Shown: in pieces, positions 27,388 through 37,810 of the stretch
Layout of the letters: each line of letters starts with the position of its first letter
Numbering within the stretch: position 1 is the stretch's first letter
Origin: an uncultured bacterium
Lineage (GTDB): Bacteria > Planctomycetota > SZUA-567 > JAKLDR01
NCBI GenBank assembly: GCA_937935355.1
Contig: CALGYR010000006.1
Span: 5,608 to 69,607 of the forward strand
Direction of reading: 5' to 3'
Length of the DNA: 64,000 nucleotides
The notes under the pieces: model-generated
Seen by the model: the letters and a program-made list of their open reading frames with translations, nothing else
Told to the model about the DNA's origin: nothing
Databases searched by the model: none
Position numbers and translations under genes: made by a program

Positions 27388-30300
27388 ATGCACATCCATT
27401 TCGGAGGCAATGTGGGACATACATTCGTGGCGCTTTTGGCCGCTCTGTGGATTGCAGCCTCCTCGGCGTCTTCGCAGGAAGCCACAGATGTGCCCTCCGG
27501 CCCTGTGCGCGTGGTGGCGCTGAAGATGGACGCCGAGAACACGGGGCTGGACCGAAGGGCGCTCTTGCGAGAGAAGCTGGCTGCAGTACTCGCCGGGATG
27601 GGTGCTGGCAGTGTGGACTTGGTGGTGGTTCCCGAATACACCTTCTATCGGGGATACGAGAGCGATCCGGTTAAGATCCTGCCGGACGGCGCCAACTTTC
27701 GGGTGGTGTCGACCGGGACGGCCAAGAGCAACGAGATCGCGGCCGCCGTGTCGGAAGCGCAAGCCTGGGCGCAGGCCAATAACGCGAATATGATACTGGG
27801 GACCGTAGCTGATCTGGTAACCCCGCAGGACGATCCCGCGCTGCCGGCAAGCGTGACCTTCAACACCCAACTGGTTATCGATCGCCTCGGGCGAATTGTG
27901 GGCTACCGAAGAAAAGTGACTGAATGGATATCCAGTCTTGGTTTGAGTTCAACGGTCGCCAAGCAGAAGGCCCTGCAGTCCCTGCGCACATGGACGCTAT
28001 CCACCAGGGGCGGCATGGATTTCGTGGTATTCCCGATCATCTGCGATGAGGAGGCCGATTGCGATCTGCTGGCCAGATCCGCGGCCTTCAACGCGGATCT
28101 GGTGATCAATTCCGAATGCGTTCTGGAGACCTGGGTTTCTCGCGAGATCGAAAAGATCACCAAGAGCGTTCAGGACGGCGCTTGGACCCCAACCGTGCCG
28201 GGGGCCAGATTCTTCAGGGATGTGTATGTCAAGAGGTACGTGGTAAGCCGTAATGCGGTCAAACCCGGCGGTTGGCTGGTGGCGGCCAACAGCTATGGCA
28301 GCACAGGGGGGATGATCGAACTGAACGTTCCGCCCGGACCGTTGGCGTCTCTCAATATTACCGATCACTATGTGCACGGCGTGATCCAATTCGCCAGCCG
28401 AAGCGAACCGACCAACAAGATGCCGATAATCACGGCTGCTCCCTCGGCCGTCCCGAGTACGGTTGTTCTGCCGTCTCATGCGACAGTGAACGTGGCGATC
28501 AGCGACCCGGACAACGGCCCATGGCCTCTTTACGTCACGTGGTCCAAGGTGAGCGGCCTAGGATCTGTTACCTTCTCTCCGAACGGGACGGCCAGCGCAG
28601 CTTCCAGCTCAGCCGTCTTCAGCCTGGCAGGCCCCTACATTCTTCGAGCCGAAATCTCGGACGGCATGGACGAGGTGAGCCAGGATCTTGCCGTGCTCGT
28701 AACCGATGACAATCGGTCCGTCAATAAAGCGCCCGCCGTGAGCGCGGGGCCCGATTGTACGGTAACCTCGCCGTCGAAGGCCAGTCTGAAGGGCATGGTT
28801 ATTGATGACGGTCTGCCCAATCCGCCTGGGACGGTTACGGTCAAGTGGAGCCACGTCTACAACCCAAGCACACTGATCCTAAGCAGTCCTAATACTTTGG
28901 CCACGTTGGTGACGGCCAGCAAACCTGGCACCTATATTGTGCGACTGACGGCAAGCGACGGGGCCTTGTCTGCCTCCGAGACTGTGGCTGTCACGTTCGA
29001 CCCGATACCCGAGAACCAACCGCCGCTGGCCAACGCCCAGAGCGTGACGACCGTCGAGGATGTCGCCAAGGCGATCACGCTGGTCGGCACGGATGCCGAT
29101 GGCGACGCGCTGACCTATACGGTAGTGACAAACCCCGCGCACGGAAAGCTTTCGGAGGCGGGCGCGGTCCGGACCTACACGCCGGCAGCGGACTGGAGCG
29201 GCACTGACAGCTTCACATTCAAGGTCAACGACGGGAAGGCCGACTCCAACGTCGCGACGGTCTCCATCGCGGTAACGGCGGCGAACGACCAGCCCATCGT
29301 CTCCTCCTTCTCGCCGGGCAGCTTGGTGACGGTGCCGGCGGGCACCACGCAGGCCTTCAGCGTGGATGCCTGGGACGTCGACGGCGACGCGCTCTCCTAC
29401 GCCTGGAAGCTCGACGGCGTCGCCGTGCCGGTGACGCTGAGTTCCATGAACTACAGCCCCGTTGCCGCCGACGCCGGGGCGCACGTCATCGCCGTGACCG
29501 TCTCCGATGGCAAGGGCGGCGCGGCCAGCAAGAGCTGGGACGTGAACGTGATTGCCGGCAGCCAGGCCCCGGCGGTGGCGCTCACCGCCCCGGCCGCGGG
29601 GGCCGTCTATGCGGCCGGCTCCTCGATCGTCCTCGCCGCCACGGCCTCGGACGCGGACGGGAAGGTCGTCAAGGTCGAGTTCTACCAGGGCGCGACCAAG
29701 CTCGGGGAGGACCTGGCCGCCTCCTACGGCCTCACCTGGAAGAGCGTGCCAACGGGCAGCTACACGCTCACGGCCAAGGCCTTTGACGACCAGGGGCTCT
29801 CGACGGTCTCGGCGCCGGTAACGGTCAAGGTGATCCCGACGGTAACCGTGGCGGTCTCCGACTCGGTCGGCTCGGAGCCCGGCACCGACACCATGAAGTT
29901 CAAAGTCTCGCGCGCGAGCTCCACGGCCTCGGCGCTGACCGTCTACTACACCGTAGGCGGCACGGCCACTAGCGGCACCGATTACGCCGCGCTCCCCGGC
30001 TCGGTCTCGATCCCGGCCGGCGCGAGCTACGCCTACGTGACGGTGACGCCGAAGGACGACGCGGCCATCGAGGGCAAGGAGACGGTGACTTTCACCGTCT
30101 CGGCCAACTCCGCCTACAAGCTCGGCTCGACGGTCACCGGCACGGCCTGGCTGCTCGACAACGAGCTGCCGGTGGTGACGACCTCGGCCTACGACGCCTA
30201 CGCCTTCGAGGGCAGCGCCACCGACACGGCCAGGTTCAAGGTCTCGCGCACGGGCTCGACCGCCGCGGCGCTGACGGTGAAGTACGCCATGTCGGGCACG

Positions 30301-31518
30301 GCGACCAACGGCACCGACTACGCGGGCCTCTCCGGGTCGGCGGTGATCCCGGCCGGCTCGAGCTACCTCTACGTCACCGTCGCATCCAAGGCCGACAGCC
30401 TGGTCGAGGGCCGCGAGTACTTGAAGCTCTCGCTGGCCGCCTCGAGCGCCTACCAGATCCACAGCTCGACCGCCGCGACGGCCTACATTGTGGACGACGA
30501 CTTCCCGGCGGTGAAGATCGCGGCGACCGACGCGGTGGCGGCCGAGGGCGGCTCGGACACCGGCACATTCACGATCACCCGGACCGGTCCGCTCTCGAGC
30601 GCGCTGGTCGTCTACCTCAAGACCGGGGGCTCGGCCGTCAAGGGCGCCGACTACGTCGCGCCGCCGGCCTCGGTGACGATACCCGCCGGGGCGGCCTCGG
30701 TCACGGTGAAGCTGACCGCCATCAACGACTCCCTCGCCGAGGGCAAGGAGACGGCGACGCTCTACCTCGTCGCCAACGCCGCCTACCAGCTCTCGACGAG
30801 CACGTACGCGACGGTGACGATCTACGACGACGAGAAGCCGGAGGTGACGCTCAAGGTCACCGACAGCCGGGCCTACGAGCAGGGGTGTGACCCGGCGGTC
30901 TTCACGGCCAGCTGCTTCCCGGCGGCCAAGGCGAACCTTTCCGTGGCCTACACGGTCTCGGGCACGGCCACCAACGGCACGGACTACCAGAAGCTCTCCG
31001 GCACGGCCACCATCCCGGCCGGCGGCACCTCGGCGACGATCACGGTCAAGCCGATAGACGACGCCGTGGCCGAGGCCGGCAGCTACGAGACGGTGGGGGT
31101 GGCACTGGCGGCCGGGAGCGGCTACGCGCTGGGCTACTACAAGTCGGGCACGGCCTACCTCTACGACAACGAGCCGACGATGAGCGTCTCGGTCTACGAC
31201 TCCTCGGCGGCGGAGACCCTGTCCGGGGCCGTGGCCGAGACCGGGCGGTTCAAGCTCTATCGCTCGGGCGGGGACGTGACCAAGTCCCTGACCGTGGGCT
31301 ACACGATGAGCGGCACGGCGACGAACGGCACCGACTACGCGAAGCTCTCCGGCTCGGCGGCCATCCCCGCCGGCTCGACCTACGTGTACGTCTACGTCAC
31401 GCCGGTGAACGACGCGCTCAAGGAGGGCAGCGAGACGGCCACCCTCACCATCGCGGCGAGCACCGCCTACAAGATCGGCACGGCCAGCGCGACGGTGACC
31501 ATCGCGGATAACGATTAG
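27388..31518 (+). CDS. Large secreted protein (1376 aa): N-terminal carbon-nitrogen hydrolase (nitrilase-superfamily) domain, Ig/cadherin-like domains, 7 Calx-beta repeats
   Basis: Signal peptide 'VALLAALWIAASSASS'. CN-hydrolase catalytic-triad context 'LVVVPEYTF' (Glu), 'VGYRRKVTEW' (Lys), 'VVFPIICDEEADCDL' (Cys). Repeated 'GTATNGTDY..LSG...IPAG.S...V.V.P..D...EG.ET' (Calx-beta) x7; 'ANDQPIVSSFSP...YAWKLDG' cadherin-like. Confidence 0.8.
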   Translation: MHIHFGGNVGHTFVALLAALWIAASSASSQEATDVPSGPVRVVALKMDAENTGLDRRALLREKLAAVLAGMGAGSVDLVVVPEYTFYRGYESDPVKILPDGANFRVVSTGTAKSNEIAAAVSEAQAWAQANNANMILGTVADLVTPQDDPALPASVTFNTQLVIDRLGRIVGYRRKVTEWISSLGLSSTVAKQKALQSLRTWTLSTRGGMDFVVFPIICDEEADCDLLARSAAFNADLVINSECVLETWVSREIEKITKSVQDGAWTPTVPGARFFRDVYVKRYVVSRNAVKPGGWLVAANSYGSTGGMIELNVPPGPLASLNITDHYVHGVIQFASRSEPTNKMPIITAAPSAVPSTVVLPSHATVNVAISDPDNGPWPLYVTWSKVSGLGSVTFSPNGTASAASSSAVFSLAGPYILRAEISDGMDEVSQDLAVLVTDDNRSVNKAPAVSAGPDCTVTSPSKASLKGMVIDDGLPNPPGTVTVKWSHVYNPSTLILSSPNTLATLVTASKPGTYIVRLTASDGALSASETVAVTFDPIPENQPPLANAQSVTTVEDVAKAITLVGTDADGDALTYTVVTNPAHGKLSEAGAVRTYTPAADWSGTDSFTFKVNDGKADSNVATVSIAVTAANDQPIVSSFSPGSLVTVPAGTTQAFSVDAWDVDGDALSYAWKLDGVAVPVTLSSMNYSPVAADAGAHVIAVTVSDGKGGAASKSWDVNVIAGSQAPAVALTAPAAGAVYAAGSSIVLAATASDADGKVVKVEFYQGATKLGEDLAASYGLTWKSVPTGSYTLTAKAFDDQGLSTVSAPVTVKVIPTVTVAVSDSVGSEPGTDTMKFKVSRASSTASALTVYYTVGGTATSGTDYAALPGSVSIPAGASYAYVTVTPKDDAAIEGKETVTFTVSANSAYKLGSTVTGTAWLLDNELPVVTTSAYDAYAFEGSATDTARFKVSRTGSTAAALTVKYAMSGTATNGTDYAGLSGSAVIPAGSSYLYVTVASKADSLVEGREYLKLSLAASSAYQIHSSTAATAYIVDDDFPAVKIAATDAVAAEGGSDTGTFTITRTGPLSSALVVYLKTGGSAVKGADYVAPPASVTIPAGAASVTVKLTAINDSLAEGKETATLYLVANAAYQLSTSTYATVTIYDDEKPEVTLKVTDSRAYEQGCDPAVFTASCFPAAKANLSVAYTVSGTATNGTDYQKLSGTATIPAGGTSATITVKPIDDAVAEAGSYETVGVALAAGSGYALGYYKSGTAYLYDNEPTMSVSVYDSSAAETLSGAVAETGRFKLYRSGGDVTKSLTVGYTMSGTATNGTDYAKLSGSAAIPAGSTYVYVYVTPVNDALKEGSETATLTIAASTAYKIGTASATVTIADND

Positions 31519-31679
31519 AAGACCTCTGATTCATCGGCGGGGAGCGGGCCGAGAATGGCTCGCCTCCGCTGTTTATGAAGAGTGCAACCGGTCCGGTCCG
31601 CCACGACCCTATGTAGCCTGTGCCGCCGCTGAAGGGATCCGTGTGTCACTCCCTGGGTCACGTCATGCCCTGCCGGATA

Positions 31680-34319
31680 TCACTGCCCGTCCTTCATCTC
31701 CTCCATTATCGCGGTCGCGCGGTCGAACCGGAGCGCCCAGACCTTGCGCGCGCTGGAGTTGTTGAGCAGCACCAGCTTCAGCTTCGGGTCGTAGGCCAGG
31801 GCGTCGGAGTAGCTGAACGGTTTGTCCTTATGCTCGACCTCCTTGCCGCCGTCGACCCACTTGAGATCCAGCCAGTAGAACTTGCCGTCGTTGAGGTCCC
31901 ATGCGTAGCTGCGGACCTTGCCATCCGGGCGCTTGAGCGGGCACATGCCGAGAACCAGATCGGCCTCCGGCAGATATACGGCCTCGCCGCCGCGGAAGAT
32001 CCACTTGTCCAAGGCCTTGGGCTTGGCGAAGGCGATCTTCTCGCTGGTGCCCTTGGCGATGTCGTACCGGAAGATCTCCTCGGCGTAGGTCATCCACAGG
32101 CAGTCGCGCTTGGAGTCGTGGATCACGCAGGGCCCGTCGCACCAGCCGACGTCGCCCTTGGGCCTGGGCCCGTTCCAGGGCAGCTTCCGCCAGGCGCCGG
32201 CCCTGGCGTCGAAGCGGAAGAGCCCCTTGTCCGACCAGGTGACCGCGCCGGCCGGCGTGGCCTTGATGTGGCTGTGCATCACCCCGCGATGCTCCAGCCC
32301 GGGCATGGGCACCGGCTCCCACTCGCGGACCAGCGGGTCGTAGACGCGCTCGAAGTAGAACATCTTGCGGGCGGTCGGGTCGTAGCTGTAGCCCTTGTAG
32401 GCGTGCATGGGCACGTGGGCGCGGTCGTGGAACGACAGCGGCACCGGCTGGCTGGCGTAGACGTTCTCGATGGGATCGTCGGGGTGATAGCCGATGGTCC
32501 AGAAGCCGCCGAGCACGCTGAAGTGGGCCACGTCGTTCTCGTGGCTGGTGGCGTGCCCGCCGCCCCAGAGCAGGAACTGGTGGCGGTCGGTGTCGTAGGC
32601 GCTGGTGCCCCAGCGGTTGGTGGCGCCCGGCGCGTACCTGGGGAACTTGAACGCGGTCCACTGGTTGGCGGGCAGGCCGTCGATGAACTGCCTGGCCGTC
32701 GCAGCCGCGTCGGCCGGGGCGGCCGCCTCCCAGGCGGCCGGATCGATCCGGTTGAAGTCGTACGCCCCGGCAGACGCGCCGCGCTCGGCGGTGCCGGCGG
32801 CATCGGCCCTGGCCGCGTCCACCCGGCAGGCCCAGGTCTGGAGGGCGTCGTGGCCGACGGTGGTCACGCAGACCAGAACGTCGTCCGGCCCCACCGCGCC
32901 TGGCTGGATGCCCATGCGGTCCGCCGCCGGGCCGGCCCCGCCGGAGGGCAGGTGAGCCAGCAGCTGCCAGGCGTTGGCGTCCGGGTCGTAGGTCCAGATC
33001 TCCTGGTCGAGCGGCCCGCGGCTGTAGCCGCCGGCCAGCACCACCCTGCCGGCCGTGGGCAGCCAGCCCAGGACGTGGCCCGCGCGCGGCGAGGGGCATT
33101 TCTCCGGGAACTTCTGCTCCCAGGTGCGCGTAGCGCAGTCGTAGAGCCAGGTGTCGGACAGCGTCCGGTCGAGCCCGTCGCCGCCGAAGAGCACGATCTT
33201 TTTCCGGACCGGGTCGAAGACGGTCTGCGACCGCGCCCGGCCGGGCGGCTCGGGCGAGAGCGCGTCGACGGCCTGCTCGAAGATGACCCGGGCGGCGCGG
33301 ACCGCGGCGATCTTTTCCGGGGTTATCGCACCGGAGAGCGTCGGGCCGGCCGCCTTGACCGCGGAAGAGGCGGCGGTCAGACGCTTGGCGGCCATCTCCC
33401 CGGCCGGCTTCTCGCTCCCGGCCAGACCCGCAGCCGCCACCTCGCCGGCGAACTTCCCGGTTGCAGCGGCCAGCTTGGCGGCCTCGGCGACGAGGTCCAC
33501 CTTGGCCTCCTCCTCGGTCTCGGCCACGGCGTGGCGGCTGGAGCAGCGGCCGAGCAGCCTCTTGGCCTCCCAGCGCAGGTCCTTCGATTTCGCGAAGAGC
33601 TCCTTGAGCTTGGCCGAGCCGAATTCGAGCTTCCGCCACTCGTTCTTCTCGATGCTGTAAGTCCAGGTGGAGACGTCGGCGCTGCCGCCGCCCCCGCCGG
33701 TGTGGAGGATCTCCTTGTTCACCGGGTCGTGGCACATCGAGCCCCAGACCAGGCAATTCCCGCGCGGCGCGGTCTTGCGCTCACCCCAGGTCCGCCTGGC
33801 GGTGTCGTAGACGAACATCTCCTTGCCGGGCGACAGGTAGATCCGGCCGTCGTCCGGGACATGACACCAGGCGTAGCTGTTGGTGACCACGGGCGCCCAC
33901 TGTCCGCCGGCGACCAGGCGCAGGTGCTCGCCGTCCTTGTAGAACGGGCCGCCGCCCAGGCCGTTGCCGTGCCTCTCGCGGTCCTTGGCATACTGCTCGC
34001 CCAGCGGTCCGGACTCCGGGCGGTCCTGTTCCAGGCCTGCCGGGTAGGCGTTGAACCACCGGCCGGAGGCCAGGTCGAACTCCTCGGTGTCGTAGTGGCG
34101 GGCGATCCCGCCGTAGCCCCGGCCCTGCGTGCCGCCGGTCAATACGAACCGTTTGATCCCGGAGGCGTAGACGAACAGCGGCTGCTTGCGGCCGCCGGTC
34201 TTCGACTCGGCCAGCTTCACCCAGGCGTTGGCCGGGGCATCCTTGAGCGCGGACGGCTCGGCAGCGGTCAGAGGACTGCCAAGCCAGAGCGCAATCGAAA
34301 TGCCGATCATCAGACGCAT
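31680..34319 (-). CDS. Large secreted Kelch-like beta-propeller protein (family member; two propeller-like halves)
   Basis: ATG 34319 with GGGAGGACGAAG RBS; signal peptide 'MRLMIGISIALWLGSPLTAAEP'. Repeated 'W.YD....W' Kelch-like blades. Confidence 0.75.
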   Translation of the reverse strand: MRLMIGISIALWLGSPLTAAEPSALKDAPANAWVKLAESKTGGRKQPLFVYASGIKRFVLTGGTQGRGYGGIARHYDTEEFDLASGRWFNAYPAGLEQDRPESGPLGEQYAKDRERHGNGLGGGPFYKDGEHLRLVAGGQWAPVVTNSYAWCHVPDDGRIYLSPGKEMFVYDTARRTWGERKTAPRGNCLVWGSMCHDPVNKEILHTGGGGGSADVSTWTYSIEKNEWRKLEFGSAKLKELFAKSKDLRWEAKRLLGRCSSRHAVAETEEEAKVDLVAEAAKLAAATGKFAGEVAAAGLAGSEKPAGEMAAKRLTAASSAVKAAGPTLSGAITPEKIAAVRAARVIFEQAVDALSPEPPGRARSQTVFDPVRKKIVLFGGDGLDRTLSDTWLYDCATRTWEQKFPEKCPSPRAGHVLGWLPTAGRVVLAGGYSRGPLDQEIWTYDPDANAWQLLAHLPSGGAGPAADRMGIQPGAVGPDDVLVCVTTVGHDALQTWACRVDAARADAAGTAERGASAGAYDFNRIDPAAWEAAAPADAAATARQFIDGLPANQWTAFKFPRYAPGATNRWGTSAYDTDRHQFLLWGGGHATSHENDVAHFSVLGGFWTIGYHPDDPIENVYASQPVPLSFHDRAHVPMHAYKGYSYDPTARKMFYFERVYDPLVREWEPVPMPGLEHRGVMHSHIKATPAGAVTWSDKGLFRFDARAGAWRKLPWNGPRPKGDVGWCDGPCVIHDSKRDCLWMTYAEEIFRYDIAKGTSEKIAFAKPKALDKWIFRGGEAVYLPEADLVLGMCPLKRPDGKVRSYAWDLNDGKFYWLDLKWVDGGKEVEHKDKPFSYSDALAYDPKLKLVLLNNSSARKVWALRFDRATAIMEEMKDGQ

Positions 34320-34369
34320 CTTCGTCCTCCCTCGAGTTGACATGGCAGCCCTCTTCTCTTGCGTCTCAT

Positions 34370-36331
34370 CTACCTTGCGCCCGCACCCGGCCCGGCGCCT
34401 ATCTCGGCGCAGAGCGAAAACAGTTTGTCGTCATCCTCCTGCCAGGAGGGGAGGAAGGCCGCCGCCCTTCCGGGCCCGGGGGCGTTCCCGCCACTGGCGC
34501 CAGGCATGATCTTGAGATTCCGGGCTGCACGCTTCGCCAGGAAGTCCTGGCACCTGGCGGCCAGCGCCGCGTCGAGCTTTCCCCCATCGACGGCCTTGAG
34601 CAGGCAGACCAGGGCCTCGACGACCTGCATGCCCTCCGCGAACGCCTCCAGCCTCTCGGTGCCCAGCGGCCCGCCGGGCCCCGGGGCGACGAAGCTCACG
34701 ATGCTCTCGTTCATGCCCCCGCCTTCGTCAGAAAAGTTGATGGGCCGCTTCGTGTCCGGCATGAACCAGTAATCGGCGCCGCTCTGGCCGAGCCCGGCCC
34801 AGCCGGTGTGGAGGATGATCTCGGGATTGAAGCGATGGCCGAAGAGGCCGTCGTGCTGGCGCAGGATGCAGGCCCCGGCGCCGTAACGCGACCACACCCA
34901 GACGTTGCGCCCGCCCGTCTTCCAGGGCATGGCGTACTCCGGCTTGCGCGGGCTGCCCACCCCCCAGACGTGCTCACGGAAGGCGACCGGGACCGATTGG
35001 CCATCGACAGTCTTGTAGCTGGAGGGGTTCTTGTGGGACGTGCTAAACCAAGGCAGTTTGGGCGCCGCCTTCAGGAAGGCTGTCGCCGTCTCCTTGGTGG
35101 GATAGGCGTCCCCGGCGGTTCCGATCGCGGCCACATCCAGCCAGCCGCGTTTCTCGAGCCGTTTCGAGACCTCGGCCAGGACCGGCCGCCAGAAATCCGC
35201 GCTCGCGTCCGTGCCGTAGAACGGCTGGCTCATCGGCTCGACTCTGCCGGTGGCCGGGTCGAGCCGGCTCACCTTCACCGGGTTCTCCCCCGGGGCCTTG
35301 ACCAGAGGCGCCCCCGGCCCGATGCCACCATCGGCCTTGGGACGGAAGACGTTCAGAAGGAGCGCCCGGGGCTTGCCGAGCTTCTTCTCGTAGAGGTCCA
35401 GGTACCTGTCGAAGGGCGCGAAGTCGTGTTCGTACTTGCCGTTACCCTTGTCGATCCACCTGACCATCGACTCGGCGTTGCCCGCATTGAAGGCATTGGC
35501 GATCAGGTGCACCGGGCACAGACCGTTGCCCGTCGGCCTGATGAGGTCGAGGACCTGGCCCATCAGTTCGAAGTGCCGCTCCGACCACAGGGGTGCGCCG
35601 TAGCGCCGGGCGCTTGACTCCTGCGACTGCCAGATCTGGGGCCGGCAGGTCAGGTCCTTGAGGTCCGGCATGGTCCAGCCGTAGACCTTGATGCCCAGCG
35701 GCACCTTGGTGGCGGCCAGCCCCTCGGCGGAAACGGTCACCTCGGCGCGATAGACGCCGGGAGCGGCATCGGCCGGCACCAGCACGGTGAGCCAGACCGG
35801 CTGCATGGCGCCCACCGGCACCGGCGGGTCGCTGTACTTCTGGCTGGGGAACCCGGGACGCACGCTGCGAACCGGGACCTCGGCCGGCGCCTCGGTCAGC
35901 AGGACATCGAAGCGGTTGTCGGGGACGAAGCGCGAGCTCTTGCTGGACGACTCGGCCACTGCTGGGAAGCGCACCAACACCCGCCCGGACGGGATCGTGC
36001 CCTTGCCGTCTTCCCGCGCCAGATCGCCGACCGTGGTCCTGATGTTCCGGATCGCCTTGGCCGAAGCCAGAACCACCTGGCCGCTGGCGCGGCCGTTGCG
36101 CGGGGCGATCAGGTCGATCTCCAGCTTCTTTTCGCCCTGCGCCGGAGTGTCGAAGACGGTCAGGTCCCGCGGCGGCTGGCAGACCCAGACCTGCACGCCG
36201 TCCGGGCGCTGCGGCGCCGCGCTCGGCATCTCCGGAGCCGGAGCCGGCGGGCGTTCGCCGGCCTGAGCTGCGCCGAACGACGCCAGGCTGCAGATCAGAA
36301 CGCTTGCGGTAAGGCTGCTCGTCAGACGCAT
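34370..36331 (-). CDS. Secreted DUF4091-like glycoside-hydrolase-like protein (paralog of 5208..7871)
   Basis: ATG 36331 with GGGAGGACGAAG; signal peptide 'MRLTSSLTASVLICSLASFGAAQA'. Shares the 'QPVWLTV.VPADA.PG.Y...' block and 'FDRYLDL' with the 5208 gene. The 104-aa N-extension in the track is rejected. Confidence 0.7.
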   Translation of the reverse strand: MRLTSSLTASVLICSLASFGAAQAGERPPAPAPEMPSAAPQRPDGVQVWVCQPPRDLTVFDTPAQGEKKLEIDLIAPRNGRASGQVVLASAKAIRNIRTTVGDLAREDGKGTIPSGRVLVRFPAVAESSSKSSRFVPDNRFDVLLTEAPAEVPVRSVRPGFPSQKYSDPPVPVGAMQPVWLTVLVPADAAPGVYRAEVTVSAEGLAATKVPLGIKVYGWTMPDLKDLTCRPQIWQSQESSARRYGAPLWSERHFELMGQVLDLIRPTGNGLCPVHLIANAFNAGNAESMVRWIDKGNGKYEHDFAPFDRYLDLYEKKLGKPRALLLNVFRPKADGGIGPGAPLVKAPGENPVKVSRLDPATGRVEPMSQPFYGTDASADFWRPVLAEVSKRLEKRGWLDVAAIGTAGDAYPTKETATAFLKAAPKLPWFSTSHKNPSSYKTVDGQSVPVAFREHVWGVGSPRKPEYAMPWKTGGRNVWVWSRYGAGACILRQHDGLFGHRFNPEIILHTGWAGLGQSGADYWFMPDTKRPINFSDEGGGMNESIVSFVAPGPGGPLGTERLEAFAEGMQVVEALVCLLKAVDGGKLDAALAARCQDFLAKRAARNLKIMPGASGGNAPGPGRAAAFLPSWQEDDDKLFSLCAEIGAGPGAGAR

Positions 36332-36360
36332 CTTCGTCCTCCCGTCAGAACCCTCGGATC

Positions 36361-37722
36361 CTACTTGCCGGCCTTCTTGTGCCGGTAGACCCACATGACG
36401 CCGTTGTCCACGCTGTCGCCGGCGAAGAACACGAAGTGGACGTTGAGTTCCGGATCGTAGAAGGCGTGTCCGCAGTCCGAAGGTCTCTTCGTCCCGTCGG
36501 GCAGCGGAACGGGACTGGCCCAGGTGCCGGTTTCGGGATCGTAGGCGTGCAGCGTCCTGTCCGGGTAGTTGAGAAACAGCACCACATCGCCCGCGGAATC
36601 GTAGTGAACCGAGCAACGGTTGGTCGACCAAGCCTGCGGGCACTCGCCCCTGGCGTCAGGCCTGGACCATGTCTCCGTCTTGATGTCGAAAGCCAGGATG
36701 GCGTTCCGATCGCCCTTCTTCATGGCCATGGGTCCGATCGCCCCGCTCCAGATGCGGTCGCGCTTCGAATCGTAGCAGGCCCCGATGTCGCCCCCGGACG
36801 GGCCCGCGCCCTTGACCTCCACCGTCGTCCAGGACTTCCGGTCGGGATCGAAATAGGCGGCCTTCTTCTCGCTGAAGAGGAGCGGCTGCTTCCTGGATGG
36901 GATGTACATGAACTGCGGATGGCTGTTGAATCCCTGGATCGCGCGGGACGCGGCTGACAGGGCGTAGCGCTCGAACTCGCCCCTGGCCGTGTCGTAGAAC
37001 CAGGGCGACAGGGTCTGCGCGGCTTTGTCCTTCATCTGCTCCTGGAGGAGCCCCAGGCCTTCCGCGACGTCCTTGGCGTCGCGGGAGTTGTAGCTCGTGC
37101 CGGGAAAGTAGTACTTGTTGTAGCCGCAATCCGCCATCACCGCGAACTTCTTCCGGTCCGTGTCATACGTCAGGAATCCCCACGCGTGAATCAGGTGGCC
37201 GGGCATCGACCGGCCGTCCTTGTCCGTCACCAGGCCGTGCTCGTTGACCTTGAGGTCGCCGTTCCTGACCTGTTGGGTCAGAGTCTTGGTGTTTGTGCCG
37301 GGATAGATGCAGATCCAGCGGTGCGCGTTGATGTCGTAGACCCAGTAGTCGTTCATGCCGTAGCCGTCCGGCTTGACGTAAGCATGAATCCCCTCTCCGG
37401 TGAAGTAGGCGCCGCGGATATCTGGGGCCAGGGCGAACGCCTTGCCGCCCCAGGCCCGCCCCCGGGCCCGACCCCACTTGGGATCGGCGGCGGGAGGTCC
37501 CAGGTTCAGCCACTGGTTGTCGCCCAGCGCCCTGACCTTCTCCAAGTGCGGCCCTGGCGCACTCGGCAGCGCGGCCAGCGGTCCCTTGCGCTCGGCCTTG
37601 TCGGAAGTCCCGGTGGCCCCCGGCTCCCCGGCGCCGGCCGTCAGCCTGGCCGCGCGCGACCCGACACCGCCCATCAAAACCGCGGTGACCACCGCCGCCG
37701 CCAGCTTCGTTCTGATGCTCAT
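36361..37722 (-). CDS. Secreted Kelch-like beta-propeller protein (tandem array member)
   Basis: ATG 37722 after AGGAGAAGGG; signal peptide 'MSIRTKLAAAVVTAVLMGGVGS'. 'GPHLEKVRALGDNQWLNLGPPAADPKWG...GMNDYWVYDINAHRWICIYPG...GDSVDNGVMWVYRHKK'. Confidence 0.8.
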   Translation of the reverse strand: MSIRTKLAAAVVTAVLMGGVGSRAARLTAGAGEPGATGTSDKAERKGPLAALPSAPGPHLEKVRALGDNQWLNLGPPAADPKWGRARGRAWGGKAFALAPDIRGAYFTGEGIHAYVKPDGYGMNDYWVYDINAHRWICIYPGTNTKTLTQQVRNGDLKVNEHGLVTDKDGRSMPGHLIHAWGFLTYDTDRKKFAVMADCGYNKYYFPGTSYNSRDAKDVAEGLGLLQEQMKDKAAQTLSPWFYDTARGEFERYALSAASRAIQGFNSHPQFMYIPSRKQPLLFSEKKAAYFDPDRKSWTTVEVKGAGPSGGDIGACYDSKRDRIWSGAIGPMAMKKGDRNAILAFDIKTETWSRPDARGECPQAWSTNRCSVHYDSAGDVVLFLNYPDRTLHAYDPETGTWASPVPLPDGTKRPSDCGHAFYDPELNVHFVFFAGDSVDNGVMWVYRHKKAGK

Positions 37723-37810
37723 CTTTCCCTTCTCCTTGCTTTGGCAAAAGCACATCCCCTGCCTCCAGCAGGCCGCTTTTAACGGCCTGCCAGTTCTTCT
37801 GGCGCCTTCT

